Assembly: GCA_002269645.1 (NCBI GenBank)
Contig: NIVC01000178.1
Coordinates: forward strand, 62,001 to 126,000
Length of the DNA stretch: 64,000 nucleotides
Source of the DNA: Macrostomum lignano
Taxonomy: Eukaryota
Direction: 5' to 3'
In this document: positions 21,001 through 34,100 of the stretch, one piece after another
Layout: every line of letters starts with the position of its first letter
Numbering within the stretch: position 1 is the first letter of the stretch
Made by a program: the position numbers and the translations under genes
The notes under the pieces: model-generated
What the model was told of the DNA's origin: nothing
The model's input: only the letters and a program-made list of their open reading frames with translations
Database searches by the model: none

Positions 21001-23942
21001 CTAGACGCCAAGATCTGCTTTCTAAGAAATTTAGAAACCAAAATCTGATTTCTAAGAAATCCAGAAACCAAAATCTGATTTCTAAGAAATCCAGAAACCA
21101 AAATCTGATTTTTAAGAAATCCAGGCACCAAGATCTGCTTTCTAAGAAATCCAGGCACCAAGATCTGATTTCTAAGAAATCTAGACACTAAGATCTGATT
21201 ACTAAAGAAATCCAGGCACCAAGATCTGCTTTCTAAGAAATCCAGGCACCAAGATCTGCTTTCTAAGAAATCCAGGCACCAAGATCTGATTTCTAAGAAA
21301 TTTAGAAACCAAGATCTGTTTTCTAAGAAAAAGGTCCAATTATATGCAAACTGACCTTCTCAGCAGGCCAGCCAATCAGCCGCATGTACATGAATATCGC
21401 AACCGCGTATTCCGCCTCGCCCAGGTTCTGAAAGAAATGCGGATTCGGCTCCGACTCTCCGACACCGTTGAAATCGGCCACGTCGACCAGTTGATAGTCG
21501 AATTCGAAGCCGGGATTGCAGAACCGGAATTCCGGTTGGAGCAGCACGTGCGGCAGGTCGGCCAGGCGGGTGTAGCGCCAGCGGTACAGCTCGGCGATGG
21601 AGCTGCGCGCCCGGCCTTGGGCATCCAGCTGCACGGCTGGCACGCCGAGTTTGATGAGCCTGGTGAACAAAGACTGCTCCATGTTGGAGTACTTTTGAAA
21701 GGCCATGTTCTTCACGACGGGCGGCAGTTGGTGATGATCGCCGATCATTATCCAACGCTTTAGGGTCGAGTTGCCCTAGAAGGGATTGGAAGCAAAAAAT
21801 AAGTGTGCGATTATGCTATTTTCGATACATATCGGTAGTTAGAAAATTAGTTTCGAAAAATCGACTTATGAAAATTTCGATACATATCGGTAGGGGAGTG
21901 TAAATACTGAAACAGTAATTTAAAAAAGATACAGACCGTTACTTATGTAAAAAGATACAGTTTCTTCTATATTTCCGATACATATCAGTGGTTTTTTTTC
22001 AAAAACTATTTGTCTAATTTTGATGAAAATCACTGATATTTTTTGTACAAATAAATCAAGTGTTTGGCTTGTTGCAAATATTAGACTGATATGGGTAATT
22101 AAGAAAGCCAAAAAATCTGTTTCTGAATTATAAAATCTTTTATACACATCGGCAAATAGCTATTTAAAAAAAAACAAATTTATATAATTAAACTATTGCT
22201 GATATGTTAATCATAGAATGCTTTGTAATTGTCTTCTGCTTATTTTTATGCTTTTCGATAAATATCGGTAATTAGAAGAAAAAGTTCCACCAAAAGAACC
22301 AGGGGAGTGTAACTATACAAATTTCGATACATATCGGTAATTAGAAAAGGTATGTATTTTAGTGTTTAGTTTGTATTTTCTGGTTACTGCAAAGAAACCA
22401 GAGAAGTGTAACTATACAAATTTCGATACATATCGGTAATAAATCTCTCACCTGGTAATCGGGATTCTGCAACAGCAGCGGTATAAAAGTTTCAATCTCG
22501 AGAATCTGAGCGGACTCCTCCATAACGATGTTATCGTAGTGAAATGACAGCTGCACCAAGTCTTGCCGTCGCAGGCTGGCGTGAGTGCAGGTTAGCGCAA
22601 TGATCTTAGCCTCCTGTACTAGCAGATAATTTGCCCGCTCTACTCCGGATCGCATGTGCTCAAAGCTGCGAAACTCGCTGAGCTGCTGGAACAGCGACTC
22701 CAAATGCCGGAAGCAAGCCCTGGCAGAGTCCATGTCGGCCTCCAGAGAGTCGCCCTTGAATAGCGGCAAATAGTCGGCGTTAGCAAAGTAGCCGTGGAAT
22801 GGGAAATGCTGCGACACTAGCGCGGCTGCCGCGCTCGAATCCGCGTTGCTAACCGTCTCCGTGTTGATTCTGTAATGTTTAATGTTAAACTCGCTTGTTA
22901 TTTGACATCTCATCCTTAAGTGTACATAAATATAAGTATCTTTAATTCCTTCAAGTGCATGAGCACAGTCCGGCTACCCTTAGATTTCAGAATTTACATC
23001 TTCCAAATACCTCTATTTCCTTAAAGTACATGTTTAGCTACCAACGAGTACTACAATACTTAATGCTTAAAAGAACATCTTTAACACACACCCCAATTAA
23101 TTAAAGTACAAGCACAAGCCATCCTTAGATTTTCTAAAGTATGTTTTCCAGTTATCTCCATGATCTCTTAAAGTACATCTTCCACGCTATCCCCGTGATC
23201 TCTTAAAGTACATCTTGCACGCTATCCCATGATCTCTTAAAGTACATCTTCCACGCTATCCCCGTGATCTCTTAAAGTACATCTTCCACGCTATCCCCAT
23301 GATCTCTTAAAGTACATCTTCCACGCTATCCCCGTGATCTCTTAAAGTACATATTCGATCTATCCTCGTAATTTTCTAAGGTACGAGCTACATCTCCTTG
23401 CTATCCCGCGATTTTTAAAGTACATGTCGCATCTTTCTTTGTCATTTCTTCAGTTCACCTTTACTTGTCTCTGTTTACTCTATTTTCTCTCTCTTTCTGT
23501 CGAGTTCAATCTATGATTAACACCTATGATTAACACGTCTCCATATAAGTACTCTGTCAGCTTTAATTCGCCTTAATTCCTTAAAGTACAGACACCTAAA
23601 AACTGCTACTCACCTGTGCAAGAAGGCCTCCCACCTGTCCAGCACGTGATACATAAAGAAATATTCGGCCTGTTCGCAAGAATCGGCCGCCTGATCCGGC
23701 GGCATGCCGAGGCTCTCGGCGAGACGGCCGACCTCCTGCAGCAGCTGCACGCGCCTGGCCAGGATGTAGTTCACCCGGCCGTGCCGACTGAAGTCGCCCT
23801 CGGTGTCCAAGGCTTCCTCGCCGCGACCGAGGCGAAGCAGATGGCGCTGATCGATGTCTAGGGCCATGATTTTCTCGAATAGCTGGTTCAGAGCCTGAGG
23901 AGACACGCCAGTGGGGAGAGTTGGTATTGGGAATTTGTCTCT

Positions 23943-23989
<47 letters not shown>

Positions 23990-26900
23990 CTGACAGACAG
24001 ACAGACAGACAGACAGACGGACGGACAGACTAATTGAGACAGACAAAAAGCATTCGAACCCAGCGGCTTACCTGGTTGCTATGGGTAACCAGCAGAGTCC
24101 TCTGATGAGGATAGTTGTGATAGATGTTGGCAATGATTTGCACAGCCACGTCGGTTTTACCGCTGCCTGGCGGTCCGACAACCAGCGTGAGGCCCGGCTG
24201 CATGCCGCTGCGGATGGCGCGCACCTGCAGTGATTGAAATTGAAATCGTTTTCCATATTTATTGAATTCCATTGGCATTTCTTTCAATACATATTTTACA
24301 AAATATGACAAATGACAAAATACCATCTGAACTACATGTCTTGAACCATCCAATCTACACTTTCTACCATCCAATCTACACTTTCTACCATCCAATCTAC
24401 ACTTTCTACCATCTAATCTACACTTTCTACCATCCAATATAAACTGTCAATCATCCAATTTACACCTTCTACCATCCAATCTACACGGTTAATCATCCAA
24501 TCTACACCTTTTGCCATCCAATTTACACTTTATACTATCCAATCTACACATTCTACCATCCAATCTACACCTTCTACCATCCAATCTACACCTTATAAGA
24601 TCCTATCTACACTTTCTACCATCCAATCTACACCTTCAACCAGCCTCTCTACGCCATAATCTACCCTCGCGGCTCTCACCTGAGTAGGCGTGAATCGCAC
24701 AGCGTTGCGCTTATACTGAGCAGACTTGTACGGTCCCCTTCTAGGCGGCCTATAAGGCAGAGCCTTCAGCACCGGTTTAGCCTCGGGTTGAGAAGCAACT
24801 TCCGCTTCCAACGTTGGAAAGATCAAACGATACGGCGGCTCCCTACTACTGTCACTGTCGGATTGTTCACTACTACTATCAGTAGTAGTCCATTCCAATT
24901 CAAACTGAGGAAAAGAAGCGGCCAGATGATCCTGGTCAAGAAACGTGTCGCGCCAATCCTGCTCAGGCAGGTAAGCATCCGGTCTGTTGATGAAATTAGC
25001 CGAACCGGGATCTTCATAGCCGAGCAGCAAGTCCAACAGCCAGTCGGGCACTACGCACTTTGTATTCATCAGATTGCGTATGGTTTCCAGTACGGCTTTG
25101 AAATTGTTCTCCTTTGGCTTTCGACGGAGCAGCACGTTGAATGACGAGTAGACGTCTTCGCCTGAGCCTTCGCTGACTCGCTCCATGTCCGTCTGGTACT
25201 GGCAGGGGTCCAGCCTCACTCTATAGGTCCGGTGCCGACCCTGGGGCCGCATCTGGTGCATCTGCTCCTCCGGGATGATCTGCGATCCAAAGTACAATGG
25301 GATTTGAGACTCGAAGCAATGCAAATTTAGCTGGCGATGCTTGGGATGGGGCATTTCTTGAAATTCTTGGAATGAGGAATATTGCTTTTCTTTGAATGGG
25401 GCTTTTCTTGAAATCATGTTTTTCTTTGAATGGGACTTTTCTTGGAATAGTGGTTTTTTGGAATGAGGCCTATCTTGGAACAGTGGTTTTCTTGGAATGG
25501 GGCTTTTCTTGGAATCATGGACATAATGGTATAATGGTATAATGGTTTTCATGGAATGGGACTTTTCTTGCAATAGTAGTTTTTGGAATGAGGCCTTTCT
25601 TGGAATATTGGTTTTCTTGGAATGAGGCTTTTCTTGGAATATTCGTTTTCTTGGAATGAGGCTTTTCTTGCAAAAGTAGTTTTTTGGAATGAGGCCTTTA
25701 TTGGAATATTGGTTTTCTTGGAATGAGGCTTTTCTTGGAATATTAGTTTTCTTGGAATGAGCCTTTTTTTGCGGTTTTCTTGGAATGATGCCTTTCTTGG
25801 AATAGTGGTTTTCTTAGAATGAGACCTTTCTTGGAATAGTGGTTTTCCTGGAATGAGGCTTTTCTTGGAATAATGGTTTTCTTAGAATAAGGCTTTTTCT
25901 TCGAATATTGGTTTTCTTGGAATGAAGGTTTTCTTAGAATGGGGACTTTCCTAGAATGCGGCTTTTTTCGAATGACACTTTTCTTGGAATGAGGCGTTTC
26001 TTAGAATTGAGAAATTCTTATAATAGACGCATATTATGGCGAACTCTTGGAATAGAGCTTTTCTTCGAATGAAAAGTTTCTAAAAATCGAGTGTTTTGAA
26101 AAACTTTGCGTTTCTTCTTAGACTATGACTATTAGAAATATGACTATTCATAAAATAAACCGATTTATTTTCACATATTTTTTATTTTCCTTGAATGCGA
26201 TATTTTAACTAAAAATTATCGATTTCTACGGCTTAGATCTGCTTTCTAAGAGGCAATTCTCAAAATCGAAAAACAAAAAAGACAAAAGAATGCCTACTAA
26301 AGAGTAGCAAGCAAAGTATATGAAGCGAATAGTTTAGTGTGCACATGAAAACACTCTTACCTTTCCCTCTTCGTCAAGCAGGCCCTCGAGCTCGCAGCCT
26401 CTCACGCAGGTGAGTCCAACCTGCGGTACAAAAGGCGCTTTGTAGTCGAATTTCGTGCCCCTGGGGCAGGTCGGCCGCACCGTGATCAGGAAGCAGGGAT
26501 CGTGCCTGCGCAGGGTGTCCCATTCTTTGACGACATCATGGCGATAGGCCAGCATCACGGATACATCGGCGCGAACTTTCGACGGCTGGCTTGAGCCTAG
26601 CAACGGCTTAGCAACCTCGATTATGTTGAACGACTGGAATGTAAGACAGTCGGGGAGTAGGATGGGCGCTTGTAGATAAAGAAGTGCCAGGTTTGTTGAC
26701 AAGGAATAGATGGTAGATTAAGGTAGAGGGAAGGGGGAGAGAGGGAGGTAAAGGGAGGAGAAAGGGAGGTAGAGGGAGATAGAGAGGGAGGCAGAGGGAG
26801 GTAGAGAGGGAGGTAGAGAGGGAGGTAGAGAGGGAGGTAAAGGGAGGGGGAGAGGGGGAGGGAGGTAGAGGGATGTAGAGACGGAAGAGAGTTGAAGGTA

Positions 26901-29900
26901 AAGAGAGGTAGAGAGGGATGTAGAAGGAGGCAGAGGGAGGAGAAAGGGAGGTAGAGGGAGATAGAGAGGGAGGCAGAGGGAGGTAGAGAGGGAGGCAGAG
27001 GGAGGTAGAGAGGGAGGTAGAGGGAAGGGGGAGAGAGGGAGGTAAAGGGAGGGGGAGAGGGGGAGGGAGGTAGAGGGATGTAGAGAGGGAAGAGAGTTGA
27101 AGGTAAAGAGAGGTAGAGAGGGATGTAGAAGGAGGCAGAGGGAGGAGAAAGGGAGGTAGAGGGAGATAGAGAGGGAGGCAGATGGAGGTAGAGAGGGAGG
27201 TAGAGAGGGAGGTAGAGAGGGAGGTAGAGAGGGAGGTAGAGAGGGAGATAGAGAGGGAGGTAGAGAGGGAGGTAGAGAGGGAGATAGAGAGGGAGGTAGA
27301 GAGGGAGGTAGAGAGGGAGGTAGAGAGGGAGGTAGAAAGAGAGGTAGAGAGGGAGGTAGAGAGGGAGATAGAGAGGGAGGTAGAGAGGGAGGTAGAGAGG
27401 CAGGAGAGGGGAGGTAGAGAGGGGGTAAAGAGGGAGGTAGAGAGGGATGTAGAAGGAGGCAGAGGGAGGAGAAAGGGAGGTAGAGAGGGAGATAGAGAGG
27501 GAGGCAGAGGGAGGTAGAGAGGGAGGTAGAGAGGGAGGTAGAGAGGGAGATAGAGAGGGAGGTAGAGAGGGAGGTAGAGAGGGAGGAAGAGAGGGAGGTA
27601 GAGAGGGAGGTAGAGAGGGAGGTAGAGAGGGAGGTAGAGAGGGAGATAGAGAGGGAGGTAGAGAGGGAGGTAGAGAGGCAGGAGAGGGGAGGTAGAGAGG
27701 GGGTAAAGAGGGAGGTAGAGAGGAAGGTAGAGAGGGAGGTAGAGGGAAGGCAGAGGTAGATAACATCAGAACAGCTGAGCCAGTCACCTGTATGGGCAGG
27801 GCCATCCTAGACCAGCCAGCAAAGACGACTTCATCTTCGCCCATGTCACCCTGGCACGGCCTCAGCCTGGCAACAGCATCTTCAACATCCTGCCGAATCT
27901 CGTAGGTGCTCTCCAACCGGAACAGGTGAAAATTTCTCATCAAATAATCGTGCAAAGTTAGAAATTGCAGATTCAGTTTGGGCAATGCTAGACAACCGTC
28001 GCCATAGTAACGCTCGACAGGTACAATATTCTCATCCCAGATGATCTGCTCCGTAGGGTACAGAGACATGGAATTGATAGTGTCCAGCTGGGACTTGCGC
28101 TTGCAGAATCTGTACACCATCAGGGCGGTGATGAGGCGGCGCTGTTCGGACTCGCCAGATTCCGAGTGCTCAACACGCAATCCGAGGTGCTCAGCCACGG
28201 CTAGCAGGTCAGGCATGTCGAATTTGTCGAGAAATCGGCAGAGCTCAAGTTCGCTCTCAAGCGAGCCAACGTTGGCAACTACAAATCGGCGCTGCAGGTC
28301 GGCCAGGTTCTCCCTGGATTGGAATGGCAGGGGACAGATCCTCAGTGACCGAGTGCTGACACTATTGTCGATTCCTGATCATAGCTAGACTTCAAGGACC
28401 GATTCCTGACCAAAGCTAGACTTCAATGACCGATTCCTGACCAAATCTAGACTTCAATGACCGATTTCTGACCATAGCTAGACTTCAATGACCGATTTCT
28501 GACCATAGCTAGATTTCAATGACCGATTCCTGACCATAGCTAGACTTCAATGACCGATTTCTGACCATAGCTAGATTTCAATGACCGATTCCTGACCATA
28601 GCTAGACTTCAATGACCGATTTCTGAACGAATTGATTAAATCTGCATGACCGATCACTGACACTAAAATCTCCATCACCGATTACTGGCACTAAATTCTC
28701 CATGACCAATGACTGACACTAAAATCTTCATGACCGATCACTGACACTAAAATCTTCATGACCGATCACTGACACTAAAACCTTCATGATCGATCACTGA
28801 CACTAAAATCTTCATGACCGATCACTGACACTAAAACCTCCATGACCGATCACTGACAGACTAAAATCTCTATGACAGATCACTGACACTAAAACCTCCA
28901 TGATCGATCACTGACACTAAAATCTTCATGACCGATCACTGACACTAAAACCTCCATGACCGATCACTGACACAAAAATCTTCATGACCGATCACTGAGA
29001 GACTATAAAATACCGTCTTTGCTTTTCAAAACATAACAAAACAGCCCATTCAAAAATGACCCTACCTGTGAAGCCTGTACACCGATTTCTGCAGATCGAC
29101 AATATCCTTACAGTGTCTGCTATCCACCTGCACGCTAGTCAGAGGCTGGCCCTCCAATTCGTCAATTTCAAATCTTGCATAGAACTCCAGCATAGACAGC
29201 AGCTGGCAGAACAATTTGCCATCAGATTCGGCAGCGCCAGACAGCGGTGCCAGTTTGCATCGAACTACAACATTGCGATCGTCTAGTAGAAGATTAAAGA
29301 ACCGCCTGGTGAGCAGGGTGGACTCCAGATCGATTAGCAACTGTAGGCACCGCTCGCAGTAGCTTATTGTCAATCGATCAGCAGACTTTAACTCGGCGCC
29401 ATCAATGGATGCTGGCTTGATCGAGTACAAAACTCCAACGAAACGTTCGATAAAAGAAGCCAGAAAAGTGTACTCAAACTGGATTAAGTCGCGCTCTGAT
29501 TGGCTTGGTGTTGGAGCGGTTTTCTCGTCTCGCCTGAGAAGCGCCCGGTACAGCTTGGCTAGGCGAGGCTGACTGTCCAGGGTGAGCTGCAGACGGCGGG
29601 GACTCAAACAGCGCCAGATGCCCAGGGAGATGGTGCGCTTGAGCTGATCGCGAACCAGGTCCACCTGGGTCCGTGGTGGGGGGGGAGGTGCATTTAAGTG
29701 TCTTTAGCTTGGGTGTTAGCCTGAATCCCAATTCCCAAATCCAAATCCCGAACCCAAATCCCAGGCCAGACCTGAATCTTAAACTGAGAATCCCAAACTC
29801 GAATCCCAAAACAGAATCACAATCCCAGAATCCCAAACCAAGAATCCCGGACCCAGAATCCCAAACTCGAATCCCAAACCGAGAATCTCAAATCCAGAAT

Positions 29901-31175
29901 CCCAAACCGAGAATCCCAAACCGAGAATCCCAAACTCCAATTCCAAACCGAGAATCCCAAACTCCAATTCCAAACCGAGAATCCCAAACTCGAATCCCAA
30001 ACCGAGAATCCCAAACTCCAATTCCAAACCGAGAATCCCAAACTCGAATCCCAAACCGAGAATCTCAAATCCAGAATCCCAAACTCGAATCCCAAACCGA
30101 GAATCCCAAACTCCAATTCCAAACCGAGAATCCCAAACGGAGACTCCTAAACGCAGAATCCCGAACATATAATCCCAAACCGAGAATCGCAAACCGAGAA
30201 TCCCAAACCGAGAATCCCAAACCGAGAATCCCAAACTCCGATTCCAAATCGAGAATCCCAAACCGAGAATCCCAAATCTATAAATCCGAACCCAGAATCC
30301 CAAACAGAATCCAAAACCGAGACTCTTAAACGGAGAATCCCAAACATATTTATCCCAAATCGAGAATCCAAAACCAAGAATTCCAAACCGAGAATCCCAA
30401 ACCGAGAATCCCAAACCGAGAATCCAAAACCAAGAATTCCAAACCGAGAATCCCAAATCGAGAATCCAAAACCAAGGATTCCAAACCGAGAATCTCAAAC
30501 CCGTGCACAAATGTCAATCTCACCTCCAAACTAGTGAGACAGTGCCCAATAAAATCAACCAGCACAATGTGCTCCTTAACAGACAGCTGATTGTCTGCAT
30601 CCAAAGCCAGTCGCAGGGTCTGCCGCACAAGATGCCCGAAATGCTCTGGCTTTTCAACAAAAGCTGGCCACACGGGCACTCGTTCCCGACGCTTCTCGTT
30701 TACCATGCAGGCGATGGACAGTACGAAACTGTCCGTGGCGGTGGCTGGACTATAGAACGGCCACAGGTACTGTTCTAAATAGCGAAAGAATTCCAGCATC
30801 ATGATACGTCGTTGGGCAAATTGCGAATGTCGGATCTCTTGCGAGTAGATCGCGTCGACAACTTGCTGTTTGAAATCGATGCTGGCCTCGTCGCGACCGA
30901 TCCAGTATTGCTGGCCGATCTGTGTGCCGTGATTTTAAAAAAGAAACATAGAAATCTACGGCTAACTGAGCTACTGTAAGTAGGCGACTAACGAGTTTTA
31001 ATCAATTTTGAAAAAAAGTTTGTTTTTTTTCAGCCAGACAATGAAATTATTAAAGACGACTTGAGTAGGGGATGCAAAGTTTTGTTTCTTATAAAAATTT
31101 AGTACCAATAATACTTACTCGCATGATTACATCAGACTCTAACTGATCGACAGTTGGAACACCTTTGGCAGCCAT
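18096..31175 (-). CDS. AQR: Aquarius (intron-binding SF1 RNA helicase), complete, about 2052 aa. Exons 31175-31119, 30919-30524, 29664-29066, 28313-27788, 26633-26361, 25279-24680, 24224-24072, 23894-23614, 22869-22452, 21775-21356, 20531-18096
   Basis: [11 protein letters not shown]; [13 protein letters not shown]; [35 protein letters not shown]; [17 protein letters not shown]; Walker A GPPGSGKT; [13 protein letters not shown]; [10 protein letters not shown]; ILTTYNGQK; [11 protein letters not shown]. All ten introns are GT-AG with consistent phases (6159 nt total). Confidence 0.96.
19305..19700 (-). repeat. Coding 30-bp tandem repeat (ETPVAEGES[KE]) in the AQR terminal exon
   Basis: About 13 near-identical decapeptide units, with more degenerate copies continuing to about 18270. 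Confidence 0.9.
20630..21330. repeat. AQR intron 10 minisatellites (17-bp GACAGTCAAATGTCGCT, then 30-bp CAAGATCTGATTTCTAAGAAATCCAGGCAC)
   Basis: Directly visible tandem units. Confidence 0.9.
23150..23350. repeat. AQR intron 8 ~34-bp minisatellite
   Basis: TGATCTCTTAAAGTACATCTTCCACGCTATCCCC units. Confidence 0.85.
23945..24025. repeat. (GACA)n microsatellite in AQR intron 7
   Basis: Direct run. Confidence 0.9.
24345..24640. repeat. AQR intron 6 21-bp minisatellite
   Basis: ACCATCCAATCTACACTTTCT units. Confidence 0.9.
25380..26060. repeat. AQR intron 5 degenerate minisatellite (TTTTCTTGGAAT core)
   Basis: Recurring TTTTCTTGGAAT(GAGGC) units. Confidence 0.85.
26720..27760. repeat. AQR intron 4 12-bp purine-rich minisatellite
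   Basis: GAGGTAGAGAGG units. Confidence 0.9.
28380..28990. repeat. AQR intron 3 minisatellites (31-bp, then 28-bp units)
   Basis: GACCGATTCCTGACCATAGCTAGACTTCAAT followed by TGACCGATCACTGACACTAAAATCTTCA. Confidence 0.9.
29720..30500. repeat. AQR intron 2 ~14-bp minisatellite
   Basis: AATCCCAAACCGAG units. Confidence 0.9.
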
Positions 31176-34100
31176 TTTTCTTACTGGAAAAAATTTTCAA
31201 TGGTTTTTTAATGTAAACATTTTGCCTCCATATTAATTATAAATGCAGTACTCAAGAAAAAGAACTTATATATTAATTCTTTAATCTTTATTGTTTATAA
31301 ACTAGAAAGAAATGCTTCAAAAAACGATATATTATTATATCAAATAAAACACCTACATTTCTAATGGTCTAACCTACCCTTTATACTGCTAAGTGTGCAG
31401 ACTCTGTGTTTACAGATTACTCAAATCAGATTTTTTATAAAAGTGTAGAAATCTTAAGAATCTCAATTAATTAACCATTATGTTGGCATGAGCAATATCA
31501 TTTCAAAATAAACAAGACCCCATACCTGGCTAGACTAAGCTTTCTCAAAGGAGAAGTACAATGCCAAAAAGTGCAATATATGTCAGATAAGAGTTGCAAC
31601 CATTAAAGTTGATTGGTAGGCTAGGACTGTGGCAACCTCAAGATAGAGTTAAATTGGTCTAGCATGTAGCTTGCAATATGACAATTCTTCTAAAATTATT
31701 ACTATCCATTCATTACTATGGTCATTATATCTAATCAGGTAGATAGTGACAAATGTAGATACCATATCCTTGACAAGGCTTTCCATAAGGGGTATAGCAA
31801 AAGTTTCTAGACTATATTCAGTGTGAATAGGAGGATTGTTTAAATAAGTTAAAATTTTCCCTATTCTTTAGGGTATTCTTTTTTAATATAATTTTGAATT
31901 TTTCATAGGGTCTATGGCTTTTGTCGTTGGCTTTTATCCATGGGTTCTATCTAAGATTTTTTGTCTATGGCTTGAATGCATGTATATAACATTCATTGAG
32001 AAACAAAAAAAATCAATAAATATTGATTTAACAATTTATGCACACATTAGCTGATTTATTAAATGATATTCATAAATATATACCAAGGAGACTCTTTGAC
32101 ACCAATATAAGCATATGCCATTTTGCCTGCATCAAAAAGTGCAAACTTCAAAATTGTATTAGATACTTTTAATGTATCATTTTGAAATGCTTATAAATTT
32201 TGGCTGAAATTATGTTTCAATAAAACAATTGTCAAAAGAAAAAAAAATAATTTATTTAAACAACCAAAGTTTATTTATCAAAGTTTTTCAGTTATTTTTC
32301 GGCCATTGTTTTTTTAATTAACCTTTTGTGAATTGCTTACAAATTGCTTACGCTGCCGTGATCGCATGGCCCAATAGAAATGGTGATGGGTTTTTTTCTG
32401 TCTATGGCCCAAACCCCATGTTTGCTATTTTGTTCGAATTGGCCTCTCAGTTTTTTCAGACTTGCTTGTTTATGTGTTGCTTTTTGTTTTCCTATTTTTT
32501 GTTTTCTGCTTGACATCCCCTTTCTCCTCTTCTTTTCTTGGAGAGGAAGGATGTTGGGCTGCACCCTTCCAGTGATTGTATTTTCAGTTTTCTTGCCACC
32601 CCGCCCCGTCCCCTGTCTTGCGCCCAGGCCAGGGTTTGTGAGAGGGGTAAGCCTTAACCCTGGCCTACCCCTTTCTGCACCCAGCCCCTGGCCCAACTTC
32701 TGTCCAATCTGGGTGCTGACCCTACCCCCTCCCTCTTTGCCTGCCTCACCCTAGGGCTGCTCGTATTGGCTGGCTGGCTGATAAGCTGGCTGGGCCCTAG
32801 CCCCTAGGGTTTGGCTCGCCCTCTCCATTCTGCCCCACCCCTCCTCCTTTTTTTGTGTAAATATTATTTAAGGGCTAGCCCTGAGCATGCTGCGCTCCAC
32901 GTTTCTTTCTTTTTGTTTGTATTCTATCCCGTTTGTTGGCGTCCCTCTGCAAACCTGCTCTCTGCAAGCTAATAACTTGTGACTCCCGCAATCATTGATT
33001 ATTCTGCTTTGTGCCAATAAATGCTTCGCCAATAAGTCTGTAATGCAGAGGTGCATACATGCTTTCTTCTCCTAGGTTGCCGCGTGGGGCCAGGATCTGT
33101 AGGGACCTAGGACCAGTGAACTCTCGCTGATCCCAGGGTGGTTGGTCTGGCAAACTCTCGCCGAGCTGAGCGAAGGGCGCGTAGGAGTAGCCAGATTAGA
33201 GGGCTAGGACCAGGGTGTCTTAGGCAGGAGGACCCAAACCTTGACCCATCTAGCAGCCATTAGGTCAAGACACAACATTCATAATAATGAACAGTCTAAA
33301 ACTTTTATAAAACCCTTTATAATATAACCTAGCCCTTAGGGATAGCATTATATAAAACAGAATACCTAACTAGAATAGGCCTAATTTGCAACTATGACTA
33401 AAAGCTCTATACTTTCAGTTAGACATATTCAAATATTAGTAACTTAACCCATAATTAGTGTTCTGCCATAGCTATAGCTACAGCTATGGGATCCTATGGC
33501 AAATATGATAAAATAGGTGCCTATGGCAGCTATGGATATGTCTATGGTAGCTAACTGCTCTTATGGCAACAACTATAGAAATATAGTAGTTGTTGTCCCA
33601 TTCCCTAGATTCCCATAGCCATAGTAATTAATTTAAAAAAATTGAAAAATATTAGAAACAGGTAGAGTAAAACAAGGATACTTAAGTAAACTATATAATC
33701 AACTTAGAAACTTATAGAATATACCTAATAAAGTACAATAAAACACTATCAAACTCTATGTTTATTATTGTGAAAAAGTTTAGCATTAGTACTTCTAGTA
33801 GCAATTAAGTATTGTTGCTCTGTAAAAAGACAAAATATAATCTTACAAAGGCAATTGAGTGTTTATTTTATTTTCTAACTTAACTTGCAGTTGTTTAAGC
33901 ACTAATTTATCTTCTTAATTCAAAATATTTTGTTTTTTAGACTTTTTGTTAAAACTATAGCTAGGGGAACTATGGGAATATGGTAATATTGGGGTCCCTA
34001 TGGCTACAAAATACAGAAAATTAGAATAAGCCATAGTTTTGTTTATGGCTACAGCTATGATACATGGACCATAATTATAGTAGAACACTACCCATAGTAA

